From a virus, in IMG/VR virus record IMGVR_UViG_3300042561_001059, positions 1 through 64,000 of that record: 64,000 bases of DNA; one strand, 5' to 3'. Made by a program: the position numbers and the translations under genes. Below, in pieces: positions 37,005 through 46,902 of the stretch. Position 1 is the first letter of the stretch, and each line of letters opens with the position of its first letter. The notes under the pieces are model-generated. The model saw only the letters and a program-made list of their open reading frames with translations. It searched no databases and had not been told where the DNA came from.

Positions 37005-37856
37005 ATGGTTGTTGCTGATATTCCGACTGAACCTTGGTATAAAAAATACTCAGAAGAGCCGGAGCTTTTTGATGAGCTGAACTCAAAACCGGCCAGAGTC
37101 ACAATCAATGGTAAGCGCCATTACCATACTCCGTTCCTGACGGGTCCAGCGCCATCAGTAACAACCATAATTTCTGAGACCGCATCAGAAGCCAACAAAA
37201 AGAAGTTAGAGATGTGGTCCAAGAATAATCCAGGCATGAAGGAGGCGGCAGCAGAGAGAGGAACTGCTATCCACTCATGTATGGAGCATTACCTCAAGAA
37301 AGAAATTGTTGATGTGCCGGAAGAATATGAAGAGTTTTGGTCCGGGATGCCACAGATTTTAGACCAGTTTCAAGAAGTAGTTTGGGCTGAGACTCCTTTG
37401 TGGGAAAAACATAAATTTGCTCTGTCGGAAGATGGTGTGGGAAGAGTGTGGGGATGTGATGAAGAAGGGCGAGCATGGTCTGGATCTCCAGATATTATTG
37501 GGGTAGCCGGTAACAAACTGACGCTTGCCGACTTAAAGACATCGAATGGACCCTATTACAGACGATGGCCCAAGAACCTAGAGAAAGGGTCGCCTGAATG
37601 GAGAGCTAATCTAGCAGGGTATATGAAATTTTCCAAGTGTTGCTTACAATTGGGAGCATACGACTTGGGAATTGAACAGACTTTAGGGATGAGGGTCCAG
37701 CAGGGGGCCATCATTGTTTCGACGAAAGATAAGACGCAACTCTTCTTAATTACTAGGAATCACCTCAACATCATGAGAGAAAAGTGGTTGAAGGTGGTAC
37801 AAGAGTACTATGAACAAATCAAGGTGATGGACGATTATGACCCCGATCTTGTCTGA
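37005..37856 (+). CDS. PD-(D/E)XK exonuclease (MGME1/Cas4-like phage family)
   Basis: PSVTTII, RGTAIH, GSPD, DLKTS, QLGAY. Confidence 0.8.
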   Translation: MVVADIPTEPWYKKYSEEPELFDELNSKPARVTINGKRHYHTPFLTGPAPSVTTIISETASEANKKKLEMWSKNNPGMKEAAAERGTAIHSCMEHYLKKEIVDVPEEYEEFWSGMPQILDQFQEVVWAETPLWEKHKFALSEDGVGRVWGCDEEGRAWSGSPDIIGVAGNKLTLADLKTSNGPYYRRWPKNLEKGSPEWRANLAGYMKFSKCCLQLGAYDLGIEQTLGMRVQQGAIIVSTKDKTQLFLITRNHLNIMREKWLKVVQEYYEQIKVMDDYDPDLV

Positions 37857-38136
37857 GATTTGGAAAGAACTGATCAAATGGTGGAAGAAGGTTTGGTTTG
37901 AAGCCAGGCTGAAGGCTAGGCTGCAGATGATCGAATGGCAGACGCAAGTAGAGGCTGAGCTTGAAAGGAAGGAAAGGTTTGAGCCTGTCTACCAGGAGAA
38001 GCCGGTAGATGAAGAGTTGCAAACAGGAGAGTCTCAACTGCTTGGTGGTGAGATGAGATTGGCGGCCAAGTGGGTGATTGAAGAAGAGAATGTAAGAAAA
38101 AGTAATGAACAGGATAGGTCTAATGAGACCAACTGA
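37837..38136 (+). CDS. hypothetical protein
   Basis: 99-aa ORF. Confidence 0.45.
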   Translation: MTPILSEIWKELIKWWKKVWFEARLKARLQMIEWQTQVEAELERKERFEPVYQEKPVDEELQTGESQLLGGEMRLAAKWVIEEENVRKSNEQDRSNETN

Positions 38137-38205
38137 TCTTTGGAAAGTGATAAGAATTGGTCAGGGTTGGGGACATTAGGATAAAAGAAATACAACCTCA
38201 CTCTC

Positions 38206-38394
38206 ATGGAGATTCCGGTCTCGGTCGGGGAGTGGATGCAAGACCTTTGTTTTCGCATGGATAATGCGGAAGAGGGGGATTGTTTTCTTCTCCCATCACC
38301 AATGCACCTTCACGCTTATGAGCTAGTTAAGGAAGCGCAATTTCCGGAAAAGAATTTTAGAGTTAAGGTAGGGAACCTGGAGTGTCTGCTGTGA
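38206..38394 (+). CDS. hypothetical protein
   Basis: 62-aa ORF before the primase. Confidence 0.45.
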   Translation: MEIPVSVGEWMQDLCFRMDNAEEGDCFLLPSPMHLHAYELVKEAQFPEKNFRVKVGNLECLL

Positions 38395-41072
38395 CCAGTG
38401 CAAATTTACTAACCTTGAAACCGGGCGAAATTAACCTCCAGTGGATCCCGATCGAGTGGCCTCTTACTCCACTGGGGGAGAATAAAAATCCATATCTGAC
38501 TGGTTGGCAGAACAAACCCTGCACTCCACATGAGATTGCAAATGAGATCCAGGGGGGAGAGTGTAAAGCTGTTGGCCTCATTTCAGGTCCTTGCTACAAC
38601 GAACCATATGGTCACGTTTGGGTTGACGTTGACGGACCCAGTGTTTACCAGTTGGTAGAAGAAGTTTCGGGGCATCAATTTGAGCAGGCACTCCCTGCTA
38701 CCTTGACAATCTGTAGCGGTAAGAAGGGTAGGGAACGTCGCCTATACCGCATCAATAAAAAAGATTGGGGTCATTTTGTACGTAATAAATATGTATGGCA
38801 TGCATCGGCGGAAAAGGAGAAACTTGAGATCCTTTGGCAAAAGCACCAGGGTGTCTTGATGGGGTCTCACCCTGAGACTGATGGTTACTACACGCCTGAA
38901 GGGTTGGGATTTGAGTGGGTGCTAAGCATTCCCTACTTACCTGCTTGGATTCTCGAAGGAATTAAAGATAAAAACAAGAAGCAAGGTAAGCCTTCCACTG
39001 AGCAGGGCAGGGTTGTTGGCCCAGGGTTTGCAATTAATACGCGCATTTCACTTGAAAGGGACATGCAACTTGCTGTTGAAGCAACGTGGGCTATGCCTCC
39101 AGAAGCTGCAGATGATTACGATATTTGGATTATGGCGGGCCAAGCTCTCCATGAATTGGACGAATCGCTTCTTGATGTTTGGGATGATTGGTCTAAGCAG
39201 AGCGATAAGTACAAGCCAGGAGAATGTCAGAGGAGGTGGCAATCCTTTTCGAAGGGTGGTGGCAGAAGCATTGGATCGCTAATTCATATTGCCAAAGAGA
39301 ATGGTTGGAAGCCAAGTGAGAACTATAAAGCGATGAACGTTGATGATGAAACACTTGAACACGTATCCAAAGTCCTTGAGGAAATTGAAGAAGACATGGA
39401 ACTCACCATTGAACCAGAGCGTGAATTAGTTGAGCTGAAGAGAGCTGATGTAAATATCCAGGCAAAGACAAAGAGTAAGAAAGGGAAGGATGGAAGTAAC
39501 GTAACTCGCAACGCATCATCTGATGTCATTGCCGATTTGTTGCTTCAGATGTACAGGGGCAACCTTTTGTACAGCCTTCCTCACGGTCAATTTTTTCTTT
39601 ATGAGAAAGAAGGAAAAGGGCTCTGGTCTCCCATGCAGAAGGTTGAGATCCTTGGTGACATCCGCGATAAGTTAAAAGAAATTAAAGAGTCTGGTGATTT
39701 GTTGCCAATGGGCTTCAGCTCCAGGCTGATGACCGATATGAGTGAACATCTTCAGTCGGCACTTTGTTTTAACGGTTGGTATGAAAGTGGTGATCTCCTC
39801 CTTTTCACCAATGGTATTTTGAATGTTGAGACCAGGGAGCTTCTTCCATTTAAGAGGGAGAAGTACATGACTCAGCAGATGCCATATGACTATGATCCTG
39901 CGGCTACCTGTGAAGATATTGTTGTTTGGTTAAAGCACACTCAATACAACAACTGGCAACGTGCTCAGGTACTCAGGGCTTGGTTAAGGGCCACATTGTT
40001 GGGTCGCTATGAATTGCAAAAGTTTCTTGAAATTGTTGGCCCAGGTAAGTCTGGTAAGTCAACGTATGCAAACCTGGCAGTTGCCTTGGTTGGCAAGAGG
40101 AATGTGTACTCAACTGACTTTGAGAACCTGGAGAAGAATAGATTTGAAGCCGCTGGTTACATGGGTAAAAAGCTGTTGCTGTTCCAGGATGCAGATCGTT
40201 GGGGTGGCTCTGTTTCGAGATTGAAAGCAATCACCGGTAACGACTGGATTCGTTCTGAACGTAAGTATCAGCATGAAAATAATGAACCATTTCAATTCAA
40301 AGGGTTGGTGATGATTACTGCCAACGAAGCTATTCAGACAACAGACTACACCTCTGGTTTGGCCAGGCGGAGACTGACGATTCCATTTGATCGTCCTTTT
40401 ACTGGATCACAGAAAGAACAAAAAGAACTCATCAAATTCAATACGAAAGGTGAGCCGCAAGGTGAGTTTGCTCCGCTGTTACCAGGGCTGGTTAATTGGT
40501 TGTTGGATATGAGTGAGGATGAAATGAGGGAATACCTGATGGAAACCAATAAAAAAGTTGAGTTCTTTGGTAAGTATGCACACGTTCAAAACCTGAGGTC
40601 AAACCCAATCCTGGACTGGATGGAACACAAGATTGTTTTTGATCCGGGCGTTAAGTCGTGCATTGGTTTCTTGACTGGTAGCGCCAGTAATCAGTCATAT
40701 GACAACCACACGCGTTGGCTGTACGCAAGCTATGCCGAATTCTGTAAACGGTGTAACGTTCACTCCATGAGCAGGAGCAGGTTCGAGGTTGTGTTCCTTG
40801 ATATCTGCAGAAACCAGTTGAGTTTAAACGTATTTAATAGGAGGAATAGCAAAGGGTTGTTGTTCTTTAATGTGGCCGTTCGTGAATCTGATGGGAAGTA
40901 CGATAACTATCCAAGTATCGTGACGGTTGCATCCGATAAAGAAAAGTATGAAATTGAATATGGCGTAAAGATTTCTGTGAATAGAGATGCGAGAATTGAA
41001 GATCAAGAAACTGTACTAGAAGCTGATGAACAATACGGGTCGACACCTGATCCTGGACCTTTATCGATGTGA
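38382..41072 (+). CDS. primase-polymerase / PriCT-2 / D5-like SF3 helicase
   Basis: WVDVDG prim-pol; YDIWIMAGQALH..WDDWSKQSDKY PriCT-2; FTNGILN D5_N; GPGKSGKST Walker A; LKAITGND. Confidence 0.9.
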   Translation: MSAVTSANLLTLKPGEINLQWIPIEWPLTPLGENKNPYLTGWQNKPCTPHEIANEIQGGECKAVGLISGPCYNEPYGHVWVDVDGPSVYQLVEEVSGHQFEQALPATLTICSGKKGRERRLYRINKKDWGHFVRNKYVWHASAEKEKLEILWQKHQGVLMGSHPETDGYYTPEGLGFEWVLSIPYLPAWILEGIKDKNKKQGKPSTEQGRVVGPGFAINTRISLERDMQLAVEATWAMPPEAADDYDIWIMAGQALHELDESLLDVWDDWSKQSDKYKPGECQRRWQSFSKGGGRSIGSLIHIAKENGWKPSENYKAMNVDDETLEHVSKVLEEIEEDMELTIEPERELVELKRADVNIQAKTKSKKGKDGSNVTRNASSDVIADLLLQMYRGNLLYSLPHGQFFLYEKEGKGLWSPMQKVEILGDIRDKLKEIKESGDLLPMGFSSRLMTDMSEHLQSALCFNGWYESGDLLLFTNGILNVETRELLPFKREKYMTQQMPYDYDPAATCEDIVVWLKHTQYNNWQRAQVLRAWLRATLLGRYELQKFLEIVGPGKSGKSTYANLAVALVGKRNVYSTDFENLEKNRFEAAGYMGKKLLLFQDADRWGGSVSRLKAITGNDWIRSERKYQHENNEPFQFKGLVMITANEAIQTTDYTSGLARRRLTIPFDRPFTGSQKEQKELIKFNTKGEPQGEFAPLLPGLVNWLLDMSEDEMREYLMETNKKVEFFGKYAHVQNLRSNPILDWMEHKIVFDPGVKSCIGFLTGSASNQSYDNHTRWLYASYAEFCKRCNVHSMSRSRFEVVFLDICRNQLSLNVFNRRNSKGLLFFNVAVRESDGKYDNYPSIVTVASDKEKYEIEYGVKISVNRDARIEDQETVLEADEQYGSTPDPGPLSM

Positions 41073-41385
41073 TCCGGAGGTTTTGGATGATTATGAGAAG
41101 TTGGTTGATGTGCTGACCCAGGCATTGGTGTTGTCTAGGGCAACGGTGCTTCAGGTTGTTGGTCATCGGTTTCAGCCGCAGGGCGTGACTCTGTTGGTAC
41201 TACTGGCAGAATCACACGCTTCCATTCATACCTGGCCGGATGAACGGTATGCGGCAATTGATTTTTATACCTGTAACTCCATGACGGATACGGAGGGGAT
41301 CAAAGCATTGTTGAAGAAAGAATTGAAGGCGGAAAGTTTTATAGAGAGGGAAATTACTAGATCAATTAATGAAAACATTCGTTAA
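41026..41385 (+). CDS. speD: S-adenosylmethionine decarboxylase-family proenzyme
   Basis: GRHLILDL, FQPQGVT, LAESHASIHTWP, DFYTC. Confidence 0.9.
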   Translation: MNNTGRHLILDLYRCDPEVLDDYEKLVDVLTQALVLSRATVLQVVGHRFQPQGVTLLVLLAESHASIHTWPDERYAAIDFYTCNSMTDTEGIKALLKKELKAESFIEREITRSINENIR

Positions 41386-41421
41386 TTAATTGGATATAAT
41401 CGGACAAGTTCTGATTTTCCA

Positions 41422-42684
41422 ATGACTAAACCAAAGCTTTTGTGGATTGGCGATATTATCGCTCGCACCGGATTTGCTCGTGTAACAGAAAATGTTCTTG
41501 AGCGAATCAAAGAAGAATATGAAGTGGTTGTATTGGGATGTAACTGGCATGGTGACCCACATCCTCTTCAGAACACATACAAAATTTTTCCAGCTACCAA
41601 CAGGTTTCAGCAGGCTCCGTTTGGAGAGGACCGTATTCGTGAAGTAGTGGAGGGCGAAAAGCCTGACGTTATCTTTACGATTAATGACATCTGGATTGTT
41701 AATGAACAGTACCGACGTATCGAGGATCTGCATAAGGCTGGTCGGTTTAAGTTTGTTGGCTACTGCCCCATGGATTCGTATGGCTGGATTGGGGGCATCA
41801 GCGATACTGCTAATGAATGGGATGCGTTGATTTCCTATACGGAATTTGGTGCATACGAATTTATTAAGGGTGGTATTCGTAAGCCGATTACTGTTATCCC
41901 CCACGGGATTACTGATGGTCAGTTTTATCCCAAGGATAAAGCGCAATGCCGAAAGGAGTTGGGCCTGAAGGAAGAAGACTTTATTGTTTTCAACGGGAAT
42001 AGGAATCAGTTCAGGAAAAGGATTGATATCACTATTTCTGCGTTTGCTGAGTTTGCGAAGGAAAGGCCTAATGCAAAGTTGTATTTGCATATGGGTACCA
42101 AGGATCAGGGCTGGGATGTGATGCAGGTGTTCGGTAGGGAGATGGTTCGTAGGGGACTTGATCCCAACGGAAGGATCATCATGACCGCCCAGACGCCTAA
42201 CCCTCCTGCTGTCGAAGTTGAGCTGCTTAACACGATTTATAACGCGGTTGACGTTGGTGTCAATACGTGTAAAGGGGAAGGATGGGGGCTCGTCAATTTT
42301 GAGCACGCTGCCTGCAGGGTGGCTCAGGTGGTGCCAGACCATACGTCCTGTAAAGAGATCTTTGAGGGCTACGGGAAGCTGATTCGGTGCGACCACGTGG
42401 ATGTGGACGTGAACTTCGCCAGGGAGATGCCATGCCCCTCTGACGCCCACCTGGCCGAGATTCTGGCTGAGCTGTACGAAAGTCCCGAAGAGCTGCTTCA
42501 GACGGCTGAGAAGTGCTACCAGAGGGCTACGGACGTTGCCTTCCAGTGGGACACCGTTGCTGCCGAATTCCACAAGGTGTTTCAAGAGGTGCTTTCTGAT
42601 ACGTATGAACTAGAGCAGAAGGAAGTCTCACCTGTCGCAATTGAGAAGAAAAGTAAGAAGGGAAAAGGGAAGAAAACTGCTTAA
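41422..42684 (+). CDS. GT4 (GT-B) glycosyltransferase
   Basis: TGFARV, NRNQFRKR, EGWGLVNFEHAAC (Ex7E). Confidence 0.85.
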   Translation: MTKPKLLWIGDIIARTGFARVTENVLERIKEEYEVVVLGCNWHGDPHPLQNTYKIFPATNRFQQAPFGEDRIREVVEGEKPDVIFTINDIWIVNEQYRRIEDLHKAGRFKFVGYCPMDSYGWIGGISDTANEWDALISYTEFGAYEFIKGGIRKPITVIPHGITDGQFYPKDKAQCRKELGLKEEDFIVFNGNRNQFRKRIDITISAFAEFAKERPNAKLYLHMGTKDQGWDVMQVFGREMVRRGLDPNGRIIMTAQTPNPPAVEVELLNTIYNAVDVGVNTCKGEGWGLVNFEHAACRVAQVVPDHTSCKEIFEGYGKLIRCDHVDVDVNFAREMPCPSDAHLAEILAELYESPEELLQTAEKCYQRATDVAFQWDTVAAEFHKVFQEVLSDTYELEQKEVSPVAIEKKSKKGKGKKTA

Positions 42685-42689
42685 CCTTT

Positions 42690-42995
42690 TCTTAGCCAAA
42701 GTCCTACCACCCATCCCCAAGACCAGGCCCATCACCAAAACGTAGTGGTGGCAATGGTTTTGGGGATTTTTACCAGGGATGAGAGGGTGGAGAAGGGCGG
42801 ACTTTGGGGGGAATTGGGCTACTTGACCCCCCCCTTCAAACAACCCTTCACAATACGTGAACGTTTTGGTGCGAATGTACACAGGTTGTGTGTACAATTG
42901 GACTAAATCATTCACGTGCTACGAAAAGAAATTAAAAGGGGGGTATTCTCGTCAAACTCCGACCAAGTCCTACCAAAAGCCTTTCCACCCATCGC
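42690..42995. other. structured intergenic region with nested inverted repeats
   Basis: CCAAAGTCC/GGACTTTGG, ATCCCCAAGACC/GGTTTTGGGGAT, CCCCCCTT/AAGGGGGG, TGTACACA/TGTGTACA; direct repeat AAGTCCTACCA. Confidence 0.5.
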
Positions 42996-43006
42996 AACTG
43001 AGTCTC

Positions 43007-43660
43007 ATGTTGAAACTGCTATTTCGTTACATCCCGAACATTGATGAGCTGGATGTCGAGCAACTAGATCGTTTGAACTACTATCGTGGGTTCCCATGTG
43101 CTCACGGCCATACCATTCGTGACTCGAAGAAGCACTGGTGTTATCACTGTGCCCTTAAGATCCAGACCAACGTCTGTGGGTTTGACATCAACTACCTGCA
43201 CCGCGACTACAAGATCAGATATGAGACTCTCTGGAGGAGCATCCCCCAGGGTCCTTTTGATGAGTGCTGGGAGGTCGAGGAAAAAAAGAGTAGGATCACC
43301 TTCCCGTCCTACAGGTCCCTGTACAGCCAGCGATTCACGGAGTACGTCAACGTTCACAAGCTGATCTATCAGTGCGCCTGGGGAGACATAGGCAGTACAT
43401 GGGTGACAAGGACATGTAAGAACCCCAAGTGTTTCAATCCCCTACACATGAGGTCTGCCTGGAACCAAGCCAACCCACCTAAGTCAATCTCACCATTCGC
43501 AACTGAGTTTCAATATGAGAAATTAATGTTGGCTGGCAATCGAGATCGTTTGAATCTTCCAACTGATGGACCAGTGTCAGCTCAGTTCAAAATGCCGATA
43601 ACTAATCCACAACACAATAAAAAACTAAAGAAGCTGAGGAGTAAAATAGAAAAAAAGTAG
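43007..43660 (+). CDS. zinc-binding His-Me finger/HNH-like protein, possibly degenerate
   Basis: CAHGH..CYHC; CWE; VHKLIY..TRTCKNPKCFNPLHM. Confidence 0.55.
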   Translation: MLKLLFRYIPNIDELDVEQLDRLNYYRGFPCAHGHTIRDSKKHWCYHCALKIQTNVCGFDINYLHRDYKIRYETLWRSIPQGPFDECWEVEEKKSRITFPSYRSLYSQRFTEYVNVHKLIYQCAWGDIGSTWVTRTCKNPKCFNPLHMRSAWNQANPPKSISPFATEFQYEKLMLAGNRDRLNLPTDGPVSAQFKMPITNPQHNKKLKKLRSKIEKK

Positions 43661-43668
43661 ATAGATAA

Positions 43669-44592
43669 ATGGCACGAGCTAGTTCTCGCTCTTCTGTTTC
43701 TCAACGCCAAAGAACTGTAAACAACCCTCTTTCCCTGGGTACCTTTAGCGAAACTTCTTTGCGCTATCTGCAGGGAACACTGCAGGCAACTTATCAATTA
43801 CAAGAGAATGGCTTTGGTGGAGGTTCATATAACCACTGGTTCTCCGTTGAAATTACTTCACCTGCCTGGATAATCCTGACTAAAGATGGAGATCGTTCCA
43901 AGTATGTGCAGATTTCTTGCTATGACTTGAATTTGATTCCAATCGAAGGGCGTTCTATTTTCCAGGCCGATAGTGTACCTGAGACTTTTTTGACGGGAGG
44001 TCAAGAAGAAATTTTTTATCCGTTTGTTGGGCACGTAATGTCTGCCCAATCGGATCTCTATAACACCTTTAGTCAATACAGTCTTTTCAAGGGCGACGAC
44101 AGATATTATCCCCTGGGTGCAGGAAGATATTTGATTTGTGTTTCCAGCACGCGAAACGAACCTATTGATTACAACGTTGGACTTGTTATTGAATTTCCTT
44201 CTGAAGATTTGTTTATTCTTCTTGAGGATCTAGATGGTAGCAAGCTTGCCCTTGAGGATGCTGTTGACCCAAGTAACACTAACCTTATCGGCCCGACGTT
44301 CTCTGTTGATTACATTATTCCATCAGGCGTGAATGCGGCAACTTCATTTGTCGCACAAATTGATGCTGGTGTGACTGTAACTGTGTCCGCTGGTTCAACT
44401 TGGCTAATCGGATCGTTCGAACCAGGCAATAGCATTCCGCAGAATATCTTTCTTTTAGACCCAACTTCGACTTATGACTTCTATAGTGATCATGAACACT
44501 CAAGGGCTGAGTGGGTAAATGCCTGGAACAGGGAACATCAAGACACTGACAAATTCCCAGCGGTATTTGAACCCTTACTTACAGGCCCGTAG
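43669..44592 (+). CDS. hypothetical beta-rich protein
   Basis: 307-aa ORF; LGAGRYLICVSS jelly-roll/PPC-like segment. Confidence 0.5.
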   Translation: MARASSRSSVSQRQRTVNNPLSLGTFSETSLRYLQGTLQATYQLQENGFGGGSYNHWFSVEITSPAWIILTKDGDRSKYVQISCYDLNLIPIEGRSIFQADSVPETFLTGGQEEIFYPFVGHVMSAQSDLYNTFSQYSLFKGDDRYYPLGAGRYLICVSSTRNEPIDYNVGLVIEFPSEDLFILLEDLDGSKLALEDAVDPSNTNLIGPTFSVDYIIPSGVNAATSFVAQIDAGVTVTVSAGSTWLIGSFEPGNSIPQNIFLLDPTSTYDFYSDHEHSRAEWVNAWNREHQDTDKFPAVFEPLLTGP

Positions 44593-44613
44593 CTTTTAGA
44601 CTGAACAAAAACT

Positions 44614-45420
44614 ATGACTACTCTAGTTGCTAACGTACCACCTGTAAAAGTGTGGGTCAGAAAAGAATATTTGTATGACCTTCAAAAAGGACATGGAGAA
44701 TATACGCCTGGTTATTGGGTGACATGCAAATCTCTTACTGGAAGGGCTTTGTATTTTGAAACGTACCTGACTGAGTACGGCGCTTTATACGACAAACTGC
44801 CTATCAGTGCCTTTTTATCGTGGGACTCTGACCATCCAAATGAACCCGTTCCGCCCACACCTGATTTGGAACTAACCGATCTTCAGTTTTGGAACGGCTT
44901 TGATCATGGTCTTACGGTGGTAGAAAAGAATCTTATTTTTAATATGCGTTTTGAGGTCCTGACAAGATCTCAAGGTGTAATGCAGGGCACATACTTATTC
45001 ACAGTTGACAATTACCATCCTCATCGTAACGAGCCTGACTTTTATTTCTCGGAGTTTCCAGATGAGCACAAATCGCACAACATTGTGGCTTTGGACAATG
45101 GCCAAATTGGGGCTTATCCTAACAATCGTTGCCGAATGGTCGACCCATCATTGACAAACAATGATCTAAAGACGCCTGACTTTAAGGTTTCAACTAGATA
45201 CTTCGATGTCGAAAGTGCACCTAAATGGGGACGCCTAGGCGAGTGTGACGATTATTTTTGGAAAACACCTAATGAAAAAGAAGTAGAAACAGAAGAAATT
45301 ACCTGTCGCTCTCAGGGGCAATGGGAATCTTTTTTTGATACTGATGATTCTCTACTTGAAAAACAATGTGGAGACGACATGGCTTGCCTGATTGCAAACA
45401 GGAAAAAACAAAAGATGTAA
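44614..45420 (+). CDS. conserved phage hypothetical protein
   Basis: VWVRKEYLYD, LPISAF, EHKSHN, YPNNR motifs. Confidence 0.6.
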   Translation: MTTLVANVPPVKVWVRKEYLYDLQKGHGEYTPGYWVTCKSLTGRALYFETYLTEYGALYDKLPISAFLSWDSDHPNEPVPPTPDLELTDLQFWNGFDHGLTVVEKNLIFNMRFEVLTRSQGVMQGTYLFTVDNYHPHRNEPDFYFSEFPDEHKSHNIVALDNGQIGAYPNNRCRMVDPSLTNNDLKTPDFKVSTRYFDVESAPKWGRLGECDDYFWKTPNEKEVETEEITCRSQGQWESFFDTDDSLLEKQCGDDMACLIANRKKQKM

Positions 45421-45473
45421 ATAAAGAACTTAAATTGAGATACGTAGAATAAAAGAAGAGTTACCGAATACTC

Positions 45474-45638
45474 ATGGACAAACTTAGCCATTACATTGAG
45501 ATCGCTCTGGCCATTCACGCCGCTGCGTCAATTATCTGCGCCTTAACTCCAACCAGGAAAGACGATGATTTTCTTGGTAAAGCCTACAAGGTACTTGAAT
45601 TTCTTGCTTTGAATATTGGTCGCGCTAAGGATCGCTGA
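45474..45638 (+). CDS. holin-like small membrane protein
   Basis: 54 aa, ASIICALTPTRKDD..LALN; close to the endolysin. Confidence 0.5.
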   Translation: MDKLSHYIEIALAIHAAASIICALTPTRKDDDFLGKAYKVLEFLALNIGRAKDR

Positions 45639-45797
45639 TTATTCAACTGGTTGAAACCACATTACGATTCCGCCTTCACGTTCGGCCCATTCTCTTGTTG
45701 CGTACGCTTCCTCTTTTGGAAGTGTTGCGCATTTTTTTTCATCACCTACATGCCAACAGATATTTACCCTGATCTTCGGGTCTCTTTTTGCTTTCAT
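45639..45797 (-). CDS. small hypothetical protein
   Basis: 52-aa ORF MKAKRDPKIRVNICW, read by hand. Confidence 0.4.
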   Translation of the reverse strand: MKAKRDPKIRVNICWHVGDEKKCATLPKEEAYATREWAEREGGIVMWFQPVE

Positions 45798-46888
45798 TTC
45801 TCAACAAGAATTGCCCATCCTGTATTTGGCCCGTCTACTTCCCAGCGACGCAACCAATTTTTGCGGCTGTATTTAATACCTTGTCCAGATTTTGGTTTTG
45901 TACTCACATAACCACCATTGCTCATATCTGCTTCTCCGTAAGGATCGTTAAAAACAAAATGCGTTGGTGTAATCCCTTTGATTACAGACCAATGTCCTCC
46001 ACCGGAAGGTTTGGCAATGGATCCTTGGTGCAGCCAACCGACAGCAAGTGGCTTGCCACTATTGATTTCACTTTCAATTAATTTTGTATTTCCATTGGAA
46101 ACAAACCTTGCATTGAGTCCCAGGTGTCTCAGTGTTTTTAGCTGAGCCATTGAATCAGTTGTATCACCAAAATTTACACGAATCTTGTTGTATTCATCAT
46201 CAGAAGCTACCTTCCCATAGAAAGCTGCAATCATTGCACAGCTAGAGGAAAAGCATTCCCTAAACCCTTTACCAGACTTATTGTCTAGTTGATAAAAATA
46301 TGGAACCGTCAATATTTTTTCATTGCTGGTAATCGGTAATGATCCCAGCTTTTCATTCATAATATTAATTAATTTTTTTGCGTATTCTGGATCTGTAGCA
46401 TATTGCTCTGTGACTAAAAGCTGGGCGCATTCATTTCTATTACTTGCTCTATTTACACCTTTATAAGTGTTGTAGTCTTTATACCAACGATCTACCAGAT
46501 ACTGAACACACGATTCAAGATCTGGAAAATCCATGAAATCATCTTTGATTTCAATCCATTTGTTATTGATAAATTCTTTTGTGCCTGCCGTACTTCCTTT
46601 ACCTTTTAATCCAAAAAAATTGTTTGTGCCAGAGGTGAACTTACCGTATCCACTTTCTAGCGCCCATTGAGCAGCAACAACTTCTGGAAATTTGGCACCT
46701 GCTTTCTTTGCAATTTTTACTAGGTCGTCCCAGGTGTTGGTTGAGTTTTCTTTTGTTCCTTGTCGGTACTGGGTGGCAAATTCCTCTAAAATTTCAGGTG
46801 AAATATTTTTTTGCAGCCACTCCCATGCATCAATTTGATGCTTTAAGTCCTTGAAGTTCTTAGCGGCATCAATAAGTTTTATTGACAT
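45794..46888 (-). CDS. endolysin: GH73 glucosaminidase plus C39-like peptidase
   Basis: AQWALESGYG, NNFFGLKG, YATDPEY; CFSSSCAM, GGHWSVI, DPYG. Confidence 0.85.
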   Translation of the reverse strand: MSIKLIDAAKNFKDLKHQIDAWEWLQKNISPEILEEFATQYRQGTKENSTNTWDDLVKIAKKAGAKFPEVVAAQWALESGYGKFTSGTNNFFGLKGKGSTAGTKEFINNKWIEIKDDFMDFPDLESCVQYLVDRWYKDYNTYKGVNRASNRNECAQLLVTEQYATDPEYAKKLINIMNEKLGSLPITSNEKILTVPYFYQLDNKSGKGFRECFSSSCAMIAAFYGKVASDDEYNKIRVNFGDTTDSMAQLKTLRHLGLNARFVSNGNTKLIESEINSGKPLAVGWLHQGSIAKPSGGGHWSVIKGITPTHFVFNDPYGEADMSNGGYVSTKPKSGQGIKYSRKNWLRRWEVDGPNTGWAILVEK

Positions 46889-46902
46889 TTTATTTAAACA
46901 AA

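Noticed and set aside
41386-42585. 399-aa minus-strand ORF
   Set aside because: Antisense shadow of the GT4 gene; no recognisable motifs.
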